This document shows, in pieces, positions 11,178 through 24,196 of a stretch of DNA of 64,000 nt. Below the pieces are notes generated by a model. It was not told the origin of the DNA, searched no databases, and saw only the letters and a program-made list of their open reading frames with translations. The stretch comes from Bugula neritina (lineage: Eukaryota; Animalia; Bryozoa). The position numbers and the translations under genes were made by a program. The stretch's first letter is position 1; the number at the start of each line of letters is the position of its first letter. The stretch lies in contig OZ037769.1 in assembly GCA_964035545.1 (NCBI GenBank), positions 14,786,633 through 14,850,632 on the forward strand. Direction: 5' to 3'.

Positions 11178-11952
11178 TTTGTTAAAATCACTTTTTTGTA
11201 ACAGATCCGTTTTGGCTTCCAAGTTTTAAACGTATAAAGTTGTTTTTCAATCTATGACTTTCAGCAGTAAGCAAAAGCCATTGTTTTTTTAATTTTTGGC
11301 TGAAATCTGTGTACATAGTATAATAGTATGGAGTTTATAGAGTTAGTCTAGTTGAGTCCTATATGAACAAGTTGTGAGGCAAAAATTGTAGCAGCAAATT
11401 ATATTTCGTAAACACAACATAGATGGTACAACATTCTTTTTAAATCTTCATATATCTTTGTTCAAAACTTTACTCATAAGTGAAGCTTATTAAAAAGTTA
11501 GTTTTGTCATCAGTTTTTTCTTTTCTGCACTTTCAATATCCGGTATGAAATAGTCACATTTCTATATACTTAATTAATTTCATTCTTTATTTTTATTAAT
11601 TTTTTACAGTCATCTATTCTTTCAAGTTTTTCGTGTGTTCTAAGAGTTTTATTTATGTGAAGTCACTTTAGTTTTTCTCATGTTTTACAATGGTTTGTAG
11701 GTGATCTATATTTCTTATTTATTGTTGGATTATAGCAACAGATAATTATGATAACTAATATTTAATAAATATTCATCACTGCTGTTTTTATAGTAAATGT
11801 TTACTGTTTGTTATTCCAATTATATGACAAATATTTGGTAAATTAACAGATTTTGCTGTCTGGTACCAAATTCTGCAAGAAAATTAGAACAAGATTATAA
11901 GCATTTTATAACAGAGAAATATTACATCTTAAATATCAACCGATCTGTCAAA

Positions 11953-13095
11953 CTACTTCATTCCGCAGAAAGCCGCCCAGCAGCTGTAGTTTGCCACTAC
12001 AACTGGGTGAATCAGTCTGTAAATATAGTCATGATCCGTCTGTGTGGAGCATCTCATCACCTCGACTGGCCAGAAAGAGTTTTTGCAGGTATCCCTACTC
12101 ACCTGACTGGCACTAAAGCTAACTTTTACACCCACCTGTGCCGGCATTTCTGCATCCGTCCACATCGGATATACAGTTCCACAGCTACGCATCTTTGGAC
12201 AAGTGTTGAGCATTCTGTTTCCTGCCGCTCCAGTGAATCTGAACCAGCGAGTGTCTTGGTGTAAGTCACAAGCGTATCCTTTTAGAGCGTGGGCTCCGCC
12301 TCCTTTGTAACCACTTCCATGGCGATCACTTCTTGATGGATCCGTGAAGTTGGTTGCTGTAAGACATTCGGCTGGCTGTGGTAATACTTCAGTTGGCTTG
12401 AAGACTACGACAGGCTTTGTGGTGACAGTTGGTTTGGTTGTAGCTGATGTGACTGTGTGCATTATGGTCGTTCTAGTAGTTATTTTAGATGTAGCTGCTG
12501 TCGTAGTTGGTAGAGTGGCTGCCGTTGATGTAATTTGCTTAGAGCTTGTAAATGTTGTATTAACTGTTATGGTTGGTGTTGCTGTAGTGACTGTTGTAAG
12601 AGTTATAGTGGTTCTGTTTGATATTGTAGTTGTCATGATTGTTTCAACGAATGTGGTAGTTTTTGTTGGTGTGGAAGTTGGGGTACTTGAATTTGGTGTA
12701 GTGGCTTCATTTGTGGTGGTTGTAGCTGGTGTGGTGGTTGTTGTTGGTGTAGTAACTGTTGGTTTAGACATTTTACTTGAAGCATTGCTTGTAGTAGGCA
12801 AATTAGTAGCAGTAATTGTAGAATTCTCTTCTCTACATCTGGTTAATTTATTCAACATTTCCTGATAAACTCTTTTCTCAGCTTTTAGTAACGACTTCTC
12901 GTCTCCAACGAGATTTCTCTGACTTCCCGGTTGATATTCGTAATCTGGACATTCTCTGGCCAGTGTCTGCTTCAGTACTGTAATTCTTAGCTGGTAATCT
13001 GCCAATTCTTGTCCTGTTGAATCAGAAAGTATTGTCGCCTTCACTTGTAGACTGATTGACAGGCCTAATGTGAATATAAGTAATACATTCTTCAT
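11953..13095 (-). CDS. Secreted mucin-like protein with C-terminal UMOD/GP2/OIT3-like D8C domain, 380 aa, intronless
   Basis: Signal peptide MKNVLLIFTLGLSISLQVKA; Thr-rich stalk; motif CD...WFRFTGAAGNRMLNTC...CGT..P.W...V.VMRC...YIYRL...C...FC; 8 Cys in the domain. Confidence 0.9.
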   Translation of the reverse strand: MKNVLLIFTLGLSISLQVKATILSDSTGQELADYQLRITVLKQTLARECPDYEYQPGSQRNLVGDEKSLLKAEKRVYQEMLNKLTRCREENSTITATNLPTTSNASSKMSKPTVTTPTTTTTPATTTTNEATTPNSSTPTSTPTKTTTFVETIMTTTISNRTTITLTTVTTATPTITVNTTFTSSKQITSTAATLPTTTAATSKITTRTTIMHTVTSATTKPTVTTKPVVVFKPTEVLPQPAECLTATNFTDPSRSDRHGSGYKGGGAHALKGYACDLHQDTRWFRFTGAAGNRMLNTCPKMRSCGTVYPMWTDAEMPAQVGVKVSFSASQVSRDTCKNSFWPVEVMRCSTQTDHDYIYRLIHPVVVANYSCWAAFCGMK

Positions 13096-13483
13096 GGTTC
13101 CTAATATTTATAATCATAAATTTTTTTTTCAATTTAAGAAGTAATAAACCTTGCTAAATGTATGTGCTAAATACTAATATCTCCTATTACTATTACCAAT
13201 AGCTCTTATGATATTTTAGTTTGTTTATACAGATGCTATCTCCCATAATGTGTTTCTCAGTTCCTTGTATAGCAGTAAATAAAAATGGGCCTAGTAATTT
13301 CAGAGCTATTAATTTTAAAACTTATGAATATATCTAATATATCTAATGTAATATATATATTTCATATATATCATGTAGGTTGCAATGCAATTTGCTCGAA
13401 TAACTTTGTTTTAAAACAAATGTCAAAAATATATAGATCATCAAAAATTGCATTTTCACAAAATTCCCTAGTACATCCACAAT

Positions 13484-14527
13484 CTAAATCATACCACAAA
13501 ATCCCTCTCCACAAACAAAATTTGAAGATCTGTTAGGGTTAACCACTTTATATATATAGTCATAAGCTTTTGTTGAGCATTTTATGACCTGCACGTCCTT
13601 CGTGTACCACTTGCAACGTGCAGAGTCGAGCACACCATAAGTTGTGACTAATGACATCACTCCAACCTCCTTCGGCATCTCGGCATCTGTCCAGAAAGGG
13701 AAATATGCTCCACAACTTTTAGATTTTGGACAAGAGTTTAGCATTCTGTTGCCAGCAGCACCAGTAAACCTAAACCAGCCGGTGTCTTGGTGAAGGTCAC
13801 ATACGTACCCTCCATTTGAATGCGGTCCACGGGGTCGATACCCGCTTCCGTTGTAGTCACGTCTCCAGGAGTCAGAGAAATTTGTGGCAGTTAAGCATTC
13901 AGCTGGTTGTAGTGTTTTATTAGTAGTTGTGTTCTCTGTAGAAACAGTAGTTGATGTAGTAGCTGTAGTTGGTGTAGTGGCTGTAGTTGGTGCAGTAACT
14001 GTGGTTGGTGTATTGGCTGTAGTTGGTGTAGAAGCTGTAGTTGATGTAGTAACTGTAGTTGGTGTAAAAGCTGTAGTTGGTGTAGTGGCTGTAGTTGGTG
14101 TAGTAACTGTAGTTGATGTAGTAACTGTAGTTGGTGTAAAATCTGTAGTTGGTGTCGGTGCTGTAGTTGGTGTATTGGCTGTAGTTGATACAGTAGCTGT
14201 AATTAGTGTGGTCGTTATTGCTGGTAATCTAGTTGGAATAGCTGTAGTAGAAGATGAGTTCAATTTCTTACAGTTTAGCCAATCTGTAAACATTTTCAGA
14301 TAAACTCTTTTGTCTGCTTCCAAATGCAGCAGACTTTCGCTGTCAGTCAGCTGACGCCTGTCTTTCTGGTAGTAGTCGTACATAGGGCACTCTTCTGTCA
14401 GCAGCTCTCTTAGGACTCTCAGTCTCAATTTATAATCCTCCAGTTCACGGCTGATTGAACTCGACAGCACGGCAGCATTGGTGACGACTGCTAGAACCAG
14501 AAGTGAAAAGCTCAGTTTGCAAATCAT
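13484..14527 (-). CDS. Paralogous secreted mucin-like D8C-domain protein, 347 aa, intronless
   Basis: Signal peptide; same N-terminal module (ELEDYKLRLRVL...ECP...ADKRVY...C); 18-bp repeats encoding (TTPTTA)n; QPAECLTATNF...CDLHQDTGWFRFTGAAGNRMLNSCP nearly identical to the neighbour. Confidence 0.9.
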   Translation of the reverse strand: MICKLSFSLLVLAVVTNAAVLSSSISRELEDYKLRLRVLRELLTEECPMYDYYQKDRRQLTDSESLLHLEADKRVYLKMFTDWLNCKKLNSSSTTAIPTRLPAITTTLITATVSTTANTPTTAPTPTTDFTPTTVTTSTTVTTPTTATTPTTAFTPTTVTTSTTASTPTTANTPTTVTAPTTATTPTTATTSTTVSTENTTTNKTLQPAECLTATNFSDSWRRDYNGSGYRPRGPHSNGGYVCDLHQDTGWFRFTGAAGNRMLNSCPKSKSCGAYFPFWTDAEMPKEVGVMSLVTTYGVLDSARCKWYTKDVQVIKCSTKAYDYIYKVVNPNRSSNFVCGEGFCGMI

Positions 14528-15665
14528 TGCAGTCTTGCCAATAGAAGTTTTAATTCAAATGCAATGAAGTGTAGCATAAGGCTAATGTATGTTAAATATC
14601 TGGTGTTTCAGATGCTGGTTCCCATAGCTACTAGCTCATGGTCACATGACCATACAAAGAAGTTAACAAACAGCATATAGGCTTATAAATTACATGGCTA
14701 GTAAATTCTACTTCAAACTTAATAATTATATTATATACAATGGTAGAGCCAGTGGTAGCAATTTAACATAATATCACCAACTACTTTCATTTTTTATTTT
14801 AAAATATGTATGTACTTATTTGATGCACATACACATTTCATACAAAATATGCAAGTACACTTTTGGTTTGAGTAAAATTAACATCAAAATATCTTGGATG
14901 TTGCATTTTAGTTAGTGAATTACTCAATTGCTAACATAAGCCAAGAATTATTATAGCTTTTGAAGTTTTTCCTTCCATTTTTGTTCATATGCCTACTTAT
15001 ATTATAGCCAGTATTTACACTGAACTTCGCAACGTGTTGTCATGTCTGCGATATGCAATAAATAAATCAATCAATCAATCAAGAAGCATGTGCAGTCGTG
15101 CATTGCTTGTTGGGCAAATCAATTGAAAAATAATAAGGTACCCATTATCTAGTGTAGAAAATATTAATTTATCACAGTGCAAGTGTACTTGGGAGTTATC
15201 TCCTCTAAAACAAGGATATTGATATTTAAATAATAATATTATGTTAGGAAACTAGAGATTGTGTTACAAGTAATATACTATGTAGTATTGATATTCATGA
15301 TACAATGCACTTGACAAGGGTTTAGCTGAAGTAGCTGCTGAGATGTGAGCTGGTCAAACAAGACCAACTCTAGTTTTCAGTAAAAGCAAATAACACTGAA
15401 TACCTTAAGTCACATGTCAAACAGCTCTCAATGCAGTTACTATGTTTATTTTGGTTTATAAATGAAAGTTGTTTAGCATATAGTGTAACAGGAGTTTGTG
15501 GCCCTGAATGCATCTCCCACTCTATTATTAGTTTGTAGTTTGTAGAAATTAAGGCTAAATCAAGTTGCAGCAGTAAATGTTGCATAAAAGTTTGGAGGTC
15601 AGTGAGGGCTACTACAACTTTTCACGGACAGTAGCTATGGATTATACATGCATTGATGTCTAAAG

Positions 15666-15751
15666 ATGGCGAGGCAGAGTCGGGAGACATCTGTGAGCTC
15701 TTTAAGTAACAGCAATGATGAGAGAATCGCAGCTGTCACTGCAGAACTCAG
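15666..15751 (+). CDS. Putative first coding exon of filamin (MARQSRETSVSSLSNSNDERIAAVTAEL)
   Basis: Good Kozak context AAGATGG and donor CAG|GTGGGT. The phase-2 end joins in frame to the acceptor at 24175 ([13 protein letters not shown]). Confidence 0.55.
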
Positions 15752-16766
15752 GTGGGTAGTTACTGTGTAGAGTCTGCAGTGGCCTTGTCGGCTTGGCAGC
15801 CATCACACTGTATGATGTCTTGCTAAGTTCACAAAACACGTGTTGTCAACTAATACTCATCAACATTTGTTTCACTCAACAATACAGAGGTGGGTGCAGC
15901 AATGGAGAAATTGTGAAAAGCCTGTGTTCTAGATTAGAAATGTAGCCAAATAAGTTATATTCTTATGATAATTTCAGTCCCAGCAAGCCAAAGTTTTATG
16001 ACAAACTTAAAAACTGCAGGCTATCTCAATTTCTTCACTGCTTAAAAATACAATTATCATAAAGAGAAGACAACTTCTCCTTCTTAGTTTTCAATATAAG
16101 CTAACAGTGGCTCTCACTCTAGATCTTAAATTCATGTAAAACTGTTTCACTATTAATAGATATACTATTGCGCTGAAACTTATAGATAGATATTTTATTC
16201 TGAAATTTAATTTTAATAATGCCTGCGCTATATTTCTAAGCTTCTAGCAGCTAGTGTGAAGCTATAAGAAATTATATAGCTTTAACTTTCTGTTTATGAC
16301 TAGTATTTTATACAATTTTCAATAATAAATAGTTATTTATTAGGTTCATGTTTTCACATATCATTTCATGCTCATGCCTGCACCAGTCATGGCAGTTAGC
16401 AGACACGATGCTGCGTCAGCTGAACTGGCAGCAGAGAGTATATGATGTAATATCCTGTTAATTAGCCGCTAGTAAATTATTCTGAATATATAAACTGTAA
16501 TCTGCAGCAGGCTATGAATTGAGTTTCTTATTTTTATTGCCCTGTAATGTTCGAGAAATCTCTGCCATGAGCTCTAATGATAAGCACAGAGTTCAATTAA
16601 GCAACAGCTAAATGTTTCCTAATAATTAACAACATAATGAGTTACAGTCATACACCTAGTTCACAAGCAAGGGGTGCCTACAAGAGCCCCCCAACCTACC
16701 AAACAGTGCAAAGCACAGGCTAACTAATGGTAAATACAATCAGTGGTATCTGATTTCATGCACTGC

Positions 16767-16776
16767 CCAAATTAGG
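16767..16776. promoter_or_regulatory. Perfect CArG box (SRF site) in the filamin 5' region
   Basis: CCAAATTAGG = CC(A/T)6GG, ~260 nt upstream of an orphan GTAAGT donor at 17037. Confidence 0.35.
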
Positions 16777-19700
16777 AAGGCTGAGAGGTAATTACTTGTG
16801 TGTTGTAATTACACAGTATTAGTGGAGGTGCTGTGTAAAGGTAAACAGCAGCATTGTCTATAGATAAAGGTCATCTGCCCTTGACTACCTCACTGTGTAC
16901 TGCATGTATATTTCGAAGGATAATAATAAACACAGCCTTAGATATATCTGGTTAGTAGGGCTATACTAATTAACTAGCTAACCCATCACTGCTTTCTCTC
17001 TTTGGATATTATTCTTACAATTTCAACTCTGTAAGGGTAAGTTATATTTTAATAAAATATTCATAAAAGTTTTATTTTTATAATTGAGCTACATATACAC
17101 AGCTACATGATATGCTGCAATAATTACAAGTATTGGCAATTATTATTATACGAGGGAAAATTGAAATTTTAACTTATCAGTTACTCCTTCATATAAACTT
17201 GTAAAACTTTCAAATACTGAAAGCCATCAACATTTAGTATTTACTAATTAGAAAGAATCAGTATCCTAATTTAATATTCATAAATAATAGGACTTAGCAA
17301 TACTTTATGACTTGTCACACCTATAATTTATATATCATATACTAATTTGATTATATATTAGATTAAATTTCACTATGCTCTAGAGTCTTATAGAGTCTAG
17401 TACTATATTATATACACTACATTACGTATATATTATACTGTGTCATAATATTATATAATCTTGTATTATACTATATTATGATAGAATCTAATATAATGTA
17501 ACATAGTTTGCCATATACAACTTGCATTATGGTACAACAATAAATATTATTAGTTATTGAAAATAAACTAGTGTATGCCTCATTTTAATATAAATATATA
17601 TGTTTTTGTCAAAAGCTGTGTGATTAAGTTATTTAATTGTGTTAAATAGCTATAATTTTTTCGGTTAACCCTTGGAGGATAAGCAAAATATAGTTGAATA
17701 TCCTATGTCCCGTTTAATACTCAAGATATCTTAATTATGGGCTGGTGGTAAAAGACCCCCTAACTGAAGAATAAAATTTATAAAATGCAGATCTGCTGGG
17801 TTAGGTAATTATATGCAGTAAGTTAATTCATAACTGATAAAACATATAAACTGGGAAATGAATATACAGGCTCAAACCTCTCTCAGTATGAAGCATTCAA
17901 CTAATTATTATGCACTGACCATACAAACATAAACTGACACAATAATAAACCTTGCTTTTTTTCTCTTAAATGTATATATGTATATGATGCTGTATTTCTG
18001 CTGCCTCTGCCATAAAGCAATTACCAAGCAGAGCTTCTTGTAGCTTGCCTGTAGTTTATCAAATAATGAATAATGATTATAACCAGATATGATGTAATAA
18101 ATATGGCTTGTAGACCTTCTTTGTCTAAAATTCATTTCCCTTTGGCTTCAGATTTATTTTTCTTTGGAAGTAAACTACCGAGCAATGATTTGAAACAGTC
18201 AAACCATTAGTTGAGTATTGGCTGTAGTATAGGGGGTGGATGCTTTATTCTGTAGTCACACAACTTCTTGTGTTATGTATACTAAAACTAGAAGGCTGCT
18301 ACATGTATGAACAGCATGTCTGTGCGTCTTGACTTTTAACTCTTGGCCATACATTTATAGGGGATTTCCCATCTAGACTAAAGATTATTTTGTCATGAGA
18401 AGCTAACCTTGTAGCGCAGCTGTAATTACTATTAATAGTATTTGTTTATCTATTATAACTAACTATATAATAGATGTACGATATAATACAATATAATATA
18501 GGTGCTGTTGCAGTTGGTTACTATTAAAGATGCGAGACATATTATTTACTGGCCGTTGGCTAGCAAATGTAGATTAAATCTCCCCCATGTCTACTCATGA
18601 GTACATAGCATATTACTATTATATATAGCTCTTCTAGTTCTTATATTATTTGAGCAGCTATGGGTAAGGAAATATACTGTGTATACAAACTGTACCCTAA
18701 ACACACTCTGATAAGCTATTTTTAATGAGCTACTGTGAAATATGGGCTTTGGCCTTATATACTAATACTAACAAGATGTTTCCAAGCTAGTGCACACAAA
18801 CTGTATATGTAGAGTAGGTATAATTGCATGCAGGAAACCAATGCTATTTAGTCACTGTATAAGCTCAGACTTAACGTATATACTCTAGCCATAAGCCACT
18901 GCTTCAATATATCACAAAAGATTGTGAAATGTAAAAGTTTAACATCTTCCGACATGTCTAGGCTAACAAATACCATAACTGAAAAGTTCATGAATTCAAG
19001 ACATCATGCAATTCTGTGTTTAAGTGACCAGTCACTTGCATATTGAAGTTTTAGATAAGTGAAGACATTTTTTGATATGAAAAAATCAAGGTATTATGGG
19101 TAATTTATTTAAGCTATGGGTAAAGCCTGTATTAGGGGCAGTAATCAATACGAAACTAGAATTTTAAGACTTGTTGTTGCCTACAAACAAACGTTTCAAT
19201 GTTAACTATGAAATTGTTGATATATTCAACATAGTAAGTACAATTATTAGGAAAACTACATGAAATAATGCATTATCTTTTTTATAAAATATTACAAGTT
19301 TGTCGACCGTTAATTTCAATCATTGAATACCTACACCTTTTGCTTATCATATGATAGCAGAGTAGATGTGGCGGTTTTATTAGAAATTGCTCAGGAAATG
19401 ATATTTAAACAGCTATAGAGATTTTGTTAATCACATGGGCTGACAACAATATAGCAGCCTCAATATTCAATGTATTTGACATTATATACTTTATAAAGTT
19501 TGTTTCCTTTGATGTGATGACAGGTCATAGCTAGTGGTTGCATGTATCTTTCTACATAATTATTGTACAGTAGCAGCTATTTACATATGATAGATAACAA
19601 AGTTTATCTATAATATAATACTTGTAACATGCTAAAGAGTAACTTTATACAATGTTATGTTTCAGTCATATGTTAGTGAATTCTAGAACAATATATAGAA

Positions 19701-22700
19701 ATGTAAAATATTCACCACAATGACAATGCATGCTAAATTTATGCATATTCAGTTTTTATGTGCCAAATAATAAAACATCATAACAGTACTGTATATTTAT
19801 ACCAGAGCCTTAGTTCTTAATGATTTTGTTATAATTGATTGTTTATATTATGGAGCATGCATGTAATTCATAGATTTAGAGCTAGGTCAGTTCCAATAGC
19901 ACGTTACTTTGGCCTTTCTTTGCTTTAGCTTCAAGAGTTTTCTTTCTCTGGAAAAATTCTATCGGCCATCCAAATCAACTCCTATCGACTAGCACTGAAT
20001 AATTATCTGCAATATTTCAACATATTAGTGTAGGTGTGAATTGTGAAATTCGTTAACAGTGATGGGATGAAAAACATTATGTTCAGTTGATGTGTTTATT
20101 TAAAAATTCAGGTACTTTTGGTGAAATTTCAATTTCTTTAGGATTTCCTGTTTAACAATAAGGGGCAGCATTTTGCTGTCCTATAATTTCGTTTGCTATA
20201 AATGATTTTTACTAGAACATATTTTTTAAACTTTTCCCTCTATAATAAGCATACATTGTGTTTTGGCCTGGTGTTCGATGTTTTACTATACAACAGAGAA
20301 ACCAGAAGAATAATCTTCTACTGAAATAAATAAGCAGCAGAAAACTGGTCTGTAGCAAATACTATAAGAAAACTTTAAATGTCTTTTGCAATTCAAATGC
20401 TTTTAGGAACTATTTAAAAAATTTTACATACAATAAAGAAAGTTATGCTTAAGTTAAACATGATTAGCTTAGTAATACACCAAGTATGTAGAGCCAAAGC
20501 AACATGTTTACGATTTTTATTGCAGTTAATTTTATAGCAATATATTGAATACAGTATTATTATGATGAACCAAGTTGAGTAATAACTACATGAAAGTATT
20601 TTACACCATCGTTTACTTGTTGCATGCATTATAATAAGATGAACTACATTCATTGCTCAACTATTTGGACTAACAAACACCTACTTCTGTTGTAATTAAT
20701 TACATAACGCCATGAGACTATAGATTATGTAATATTAACAGGTAACTACATTACTTTATGCAGCTAAGCAGTTGGTTGCTAAATCTCAAGGAATGTGGAA
20801 TCATCACCACTTTGCTATTTCTATTAGATAATTGCTTTATTAGCCAAATGGGAACATCACAGGTGCTATTTTTATAATATAATGTAATTGTGCAGTTGTA
20901 AAAGTGTTATGCAATATATTATAACTTAGTATTATACCTTCACAATACCTCACATCAAATATTTTGTACGTTAAATAAACTATAATAAACTACCAGTGAG
21001 TATTTTTGTTTTACTAATTACCATGAGAAAATGTACATGTATTAGTTTTACAAGTTAGGTAGGTGTTTTACAACAACTCTACTAAAAAAAAGTAACAATG
21101 TGTTTTATACAAGCTTAAATAATAGATATTATTAAATTGTAATATCTATAGCTAAAGAAGGTTAGCATTTTAAATTCCAATTAAGTTACTGCAAGGTTTT
21201 AATTATTACTTTTTAGATGCTACGTTATATGAGGGGTTTAATTAGGTGGGATTTACTTTCTTGTATTTAATGTTGAAAAATTTAGTATGCTTAAAGCTTT
21301 TTTATGAAAAAGCGTTTAATTATCATTTTAGAATTAACTTTCACTAATAAGCAAGCATGTTTTTCAACATCAAAACAGTGTGGGCTGCGGAAGTTGTTAT
21401 AGCCTCAGAGCCTGCTGACCTTTCCTTTGTACTAATCAAATCAGTATTCACAGTCTATCTTATAGAAGATAAACATTTAGAAGTCAATTAACTTGCATAG
21501 GAGATCCAGTTATTCTTCATTGTGAAGCATGTTGTTAGTGAAATATTGTAAATTTGGAATAATATTTATTTACACCAGTTAAATCAACTAATACATTACA
21601 TACACAAGTTAAAATAAATTGGCCATTACTTTGCTTTCAGTGTTTAATAAGGATTGCAGTGTATGTTATAATTATCTAATTAATCAATCTATTACCAAAA
21701 ACATTATAAATTGTTATCTTATTTATATAATTAATCTAAAGTGATTTTAAGTAAAGTAATTCAAAATATATAGGTATATTGATTATCTTAATGAACATGT
21801 GGGCAGAAGTCTATCATCCAAGGAGAAAATTGGGGGAAACATAGTGGTACATCCTTTTACTATGACTCATAGTCAGTCTAATATTCATAATGAACTAGCA
21901 TTATATAATAATAGTAATTATACTACGCCATCTCTCACCTGTGTACTAGTGGCATGAGAGAAGAATGCTATGAGGCAGAATATGTAAATCAGATATGAAT
22001 GATAACTGTCTACTATACTATGAATTCATATCACTTGAGAGTGAGTGACTGTAGAACAGTGGAACTACTTGTATACTCAATTGTGGGGAACACAATGCTA
22101 TCTGTATCATCTTAAATTATTGTAGCTATAGCAAAGGTATAACAGAATATTACTGCTTCAAGCTTAACAGTTATTTTTATATTGTAACAGCATATATGAG
22201 TGACTTTATATTGCACATGTTAGTATTAGATAGCTGAGTGAATCTTATAGCATGGATTATTACGAGTGTATGGCTATACCTCATGGAGCTTCCAGGTAAA
22301 CCAGTAGATTACTTAACCAAAACCATTGTCATGATTACAGTGCAGAGTTGTTGTGTAGAAACTCACATTTTAACTTAGAAATGCATTAGTAAGTGTATTT
22401 TTAAAGCAGCTGTGTACTATATTATTTGAGAAAAACAAAGCTGGAAATCTGGGATTTAAAGCTCTTAAGGTTATAGTATGCTTGAATGTGTTGAACACTA
22501 TTTCTGTTAATTCTTACTGCAACTACTGAAGAATAAAGGGTCAAGGCAATGAGACTGTCACAATAACTATATCAAAATGAGGCTTGATTGACTGCTGCCT
22601 GCAGTCTCTGTGAACTTGACAACAACTTATCTTTGTACACTAATAACAGTGGAGCGTATAGTGCTGGTTCATTATAATTAATTATATATAGCATAATATT

Positions 22701-22834
22701 TCACCCAATGTTCAGTGATTGACCTTTGAACTGTCATACACTTCATCAGTAATGATAAAACAAAGAGAATTGCAAGCTGGTAACTTATGGTATATAAAAT
22801 GTAATACGATATGTAGTCAGCTAGCCCTGGCTTG

Positions 22835-23024
22835 TATAATGGAATACTTCTATAAGCAGCTAGGATTTGGGGTGACAGAGTGCAGTAGTTTGAGGTTCTA
22901 GAGTTTGGAGTTTGGGGTTTAAATCGGAACTTGGAACCCCCCCACTTCAAACTTGAGACACTAAGCTATACTGTACTCAGTCACCCCCAACTTGAAGCTG
23001 CTCATAGCAACTTTCTCTATGATA
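22835..23024. repeat. Diverged ~190-bp palindrome, probable old MITE
   Basis: CTATAAGCAGCT...TGGGGTGACAGAGTGCAGTA...AGTTTGGAGT pairs imperfectly with ACTTCAAACT...TACTGTACTCAGTCACCCCCA...AGCTGCTCATAG. Confidence 0.65.
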
Positions 23025-24196
23025 TAGAAATTACAGTAAAAATAGACTGAGTTCTGTGGCTAGACAACATTAATAACTAAGGCTAAGGTTAAATTCTTCA
23101 AGCTGACACAAACAATGGTAAACTTAAAAGGTAGTTATGCATAAGAGTGTTTTGGCCAACAAATTGTATATATTTTGTAAGAGGGTTTGTAAATTATAAT
23201 ACAAGATTTAGTGCAGTACTATATTATTAAAGGCCTTCTAATTGCTATTACTAGCATATATTTAGAAAATTAGATTGACTAACAAGCAAAGTAATGGCAC
23301 TCAATAGGGATATAATTAAAGAAGTTAGAAACTAGTTAAGGCATGCTTGTATATAATGTACTAACCGATGCAATTAATTCCTTTCTTGTCTAATGTACAT
23401 ATGCGAGTAAGTAATAGGGCATTGCTGACTGTAATAACTACCATCTTGATTACATCAGCAGGTACTTCATAAAAGGGCAGCAAATGTCGGCCATCATTAT
23501 AATAATAATAAATGCTGCCTTACATAGAAGTACTTACTTACTTACTTACGGTACTTACTTACAGAGTCGCAATATATATGACTTTAAGCTCAATATACAG
23601 CTTGAGAAGCCAAATCAATAGCAAAAGTTAAATCACAAGCAAATAGCTTTTTATGCTGCCTAAATAATATTTTTCCATTAAATATATAATGCATGCTGAA
23701 TTTTTAATCAAACTTAATCAAAAATTTTAACTGGAATCATTTATAGTGCAGTAAAACCAATTTGTCTGATTATTTGATTGCCATGTAATTTCAACTTTCA
23801 ACGTTAAACTTAACAAAATTGAAAATTGTTTTAGAGCAAAGTTTTGCTGGAAATTTTAAAAATTTCTTAATTCATCAAGCAGTTGTTTCTAAATTCATGC
23901 TTAATTAAAAATTGCAAATAATTATTCACTTTTGCAGTTAATGTGTTGTCCATATGTAGTCAAATATAGGTATGCAAACGCTGCCCACAGTGTCTCTTTT
24001 ACCTGCCATATAAACTCACTTTATACAAGCTGATGAGATTCTAATGAGCTACATTAAATCATACATTTGCAATAAACTTTCTTTTAAAACAAAAGATCTT
24101 TTTTATTAACTTCTCGAAAAATGTACTCAAAATAATTATGTGTTAATATTTATGTCATTGATGTACTCTTGCAGAAGCCTGTGGCCCAAAGATAAG

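Noticed and set aside
11586-11790. Overlapping convergent 3'UTRs of the first gene and the D8C gene
   Set aside because: AATAAA/TTTATT hexamers are common in such AT-rich DNA; needs 3'-end data.
12344-14303. Val-rich + strand ORFs (12344-12865, 13884-14303) resembling membrane proteins
   Set aside because: Antisense shadows of the Thr-codon repeats.
15020-15082. LINE 3'-end remnant (AATAAA + (AATC)n)
   Set aside because: Too short to assign without a repeat library.
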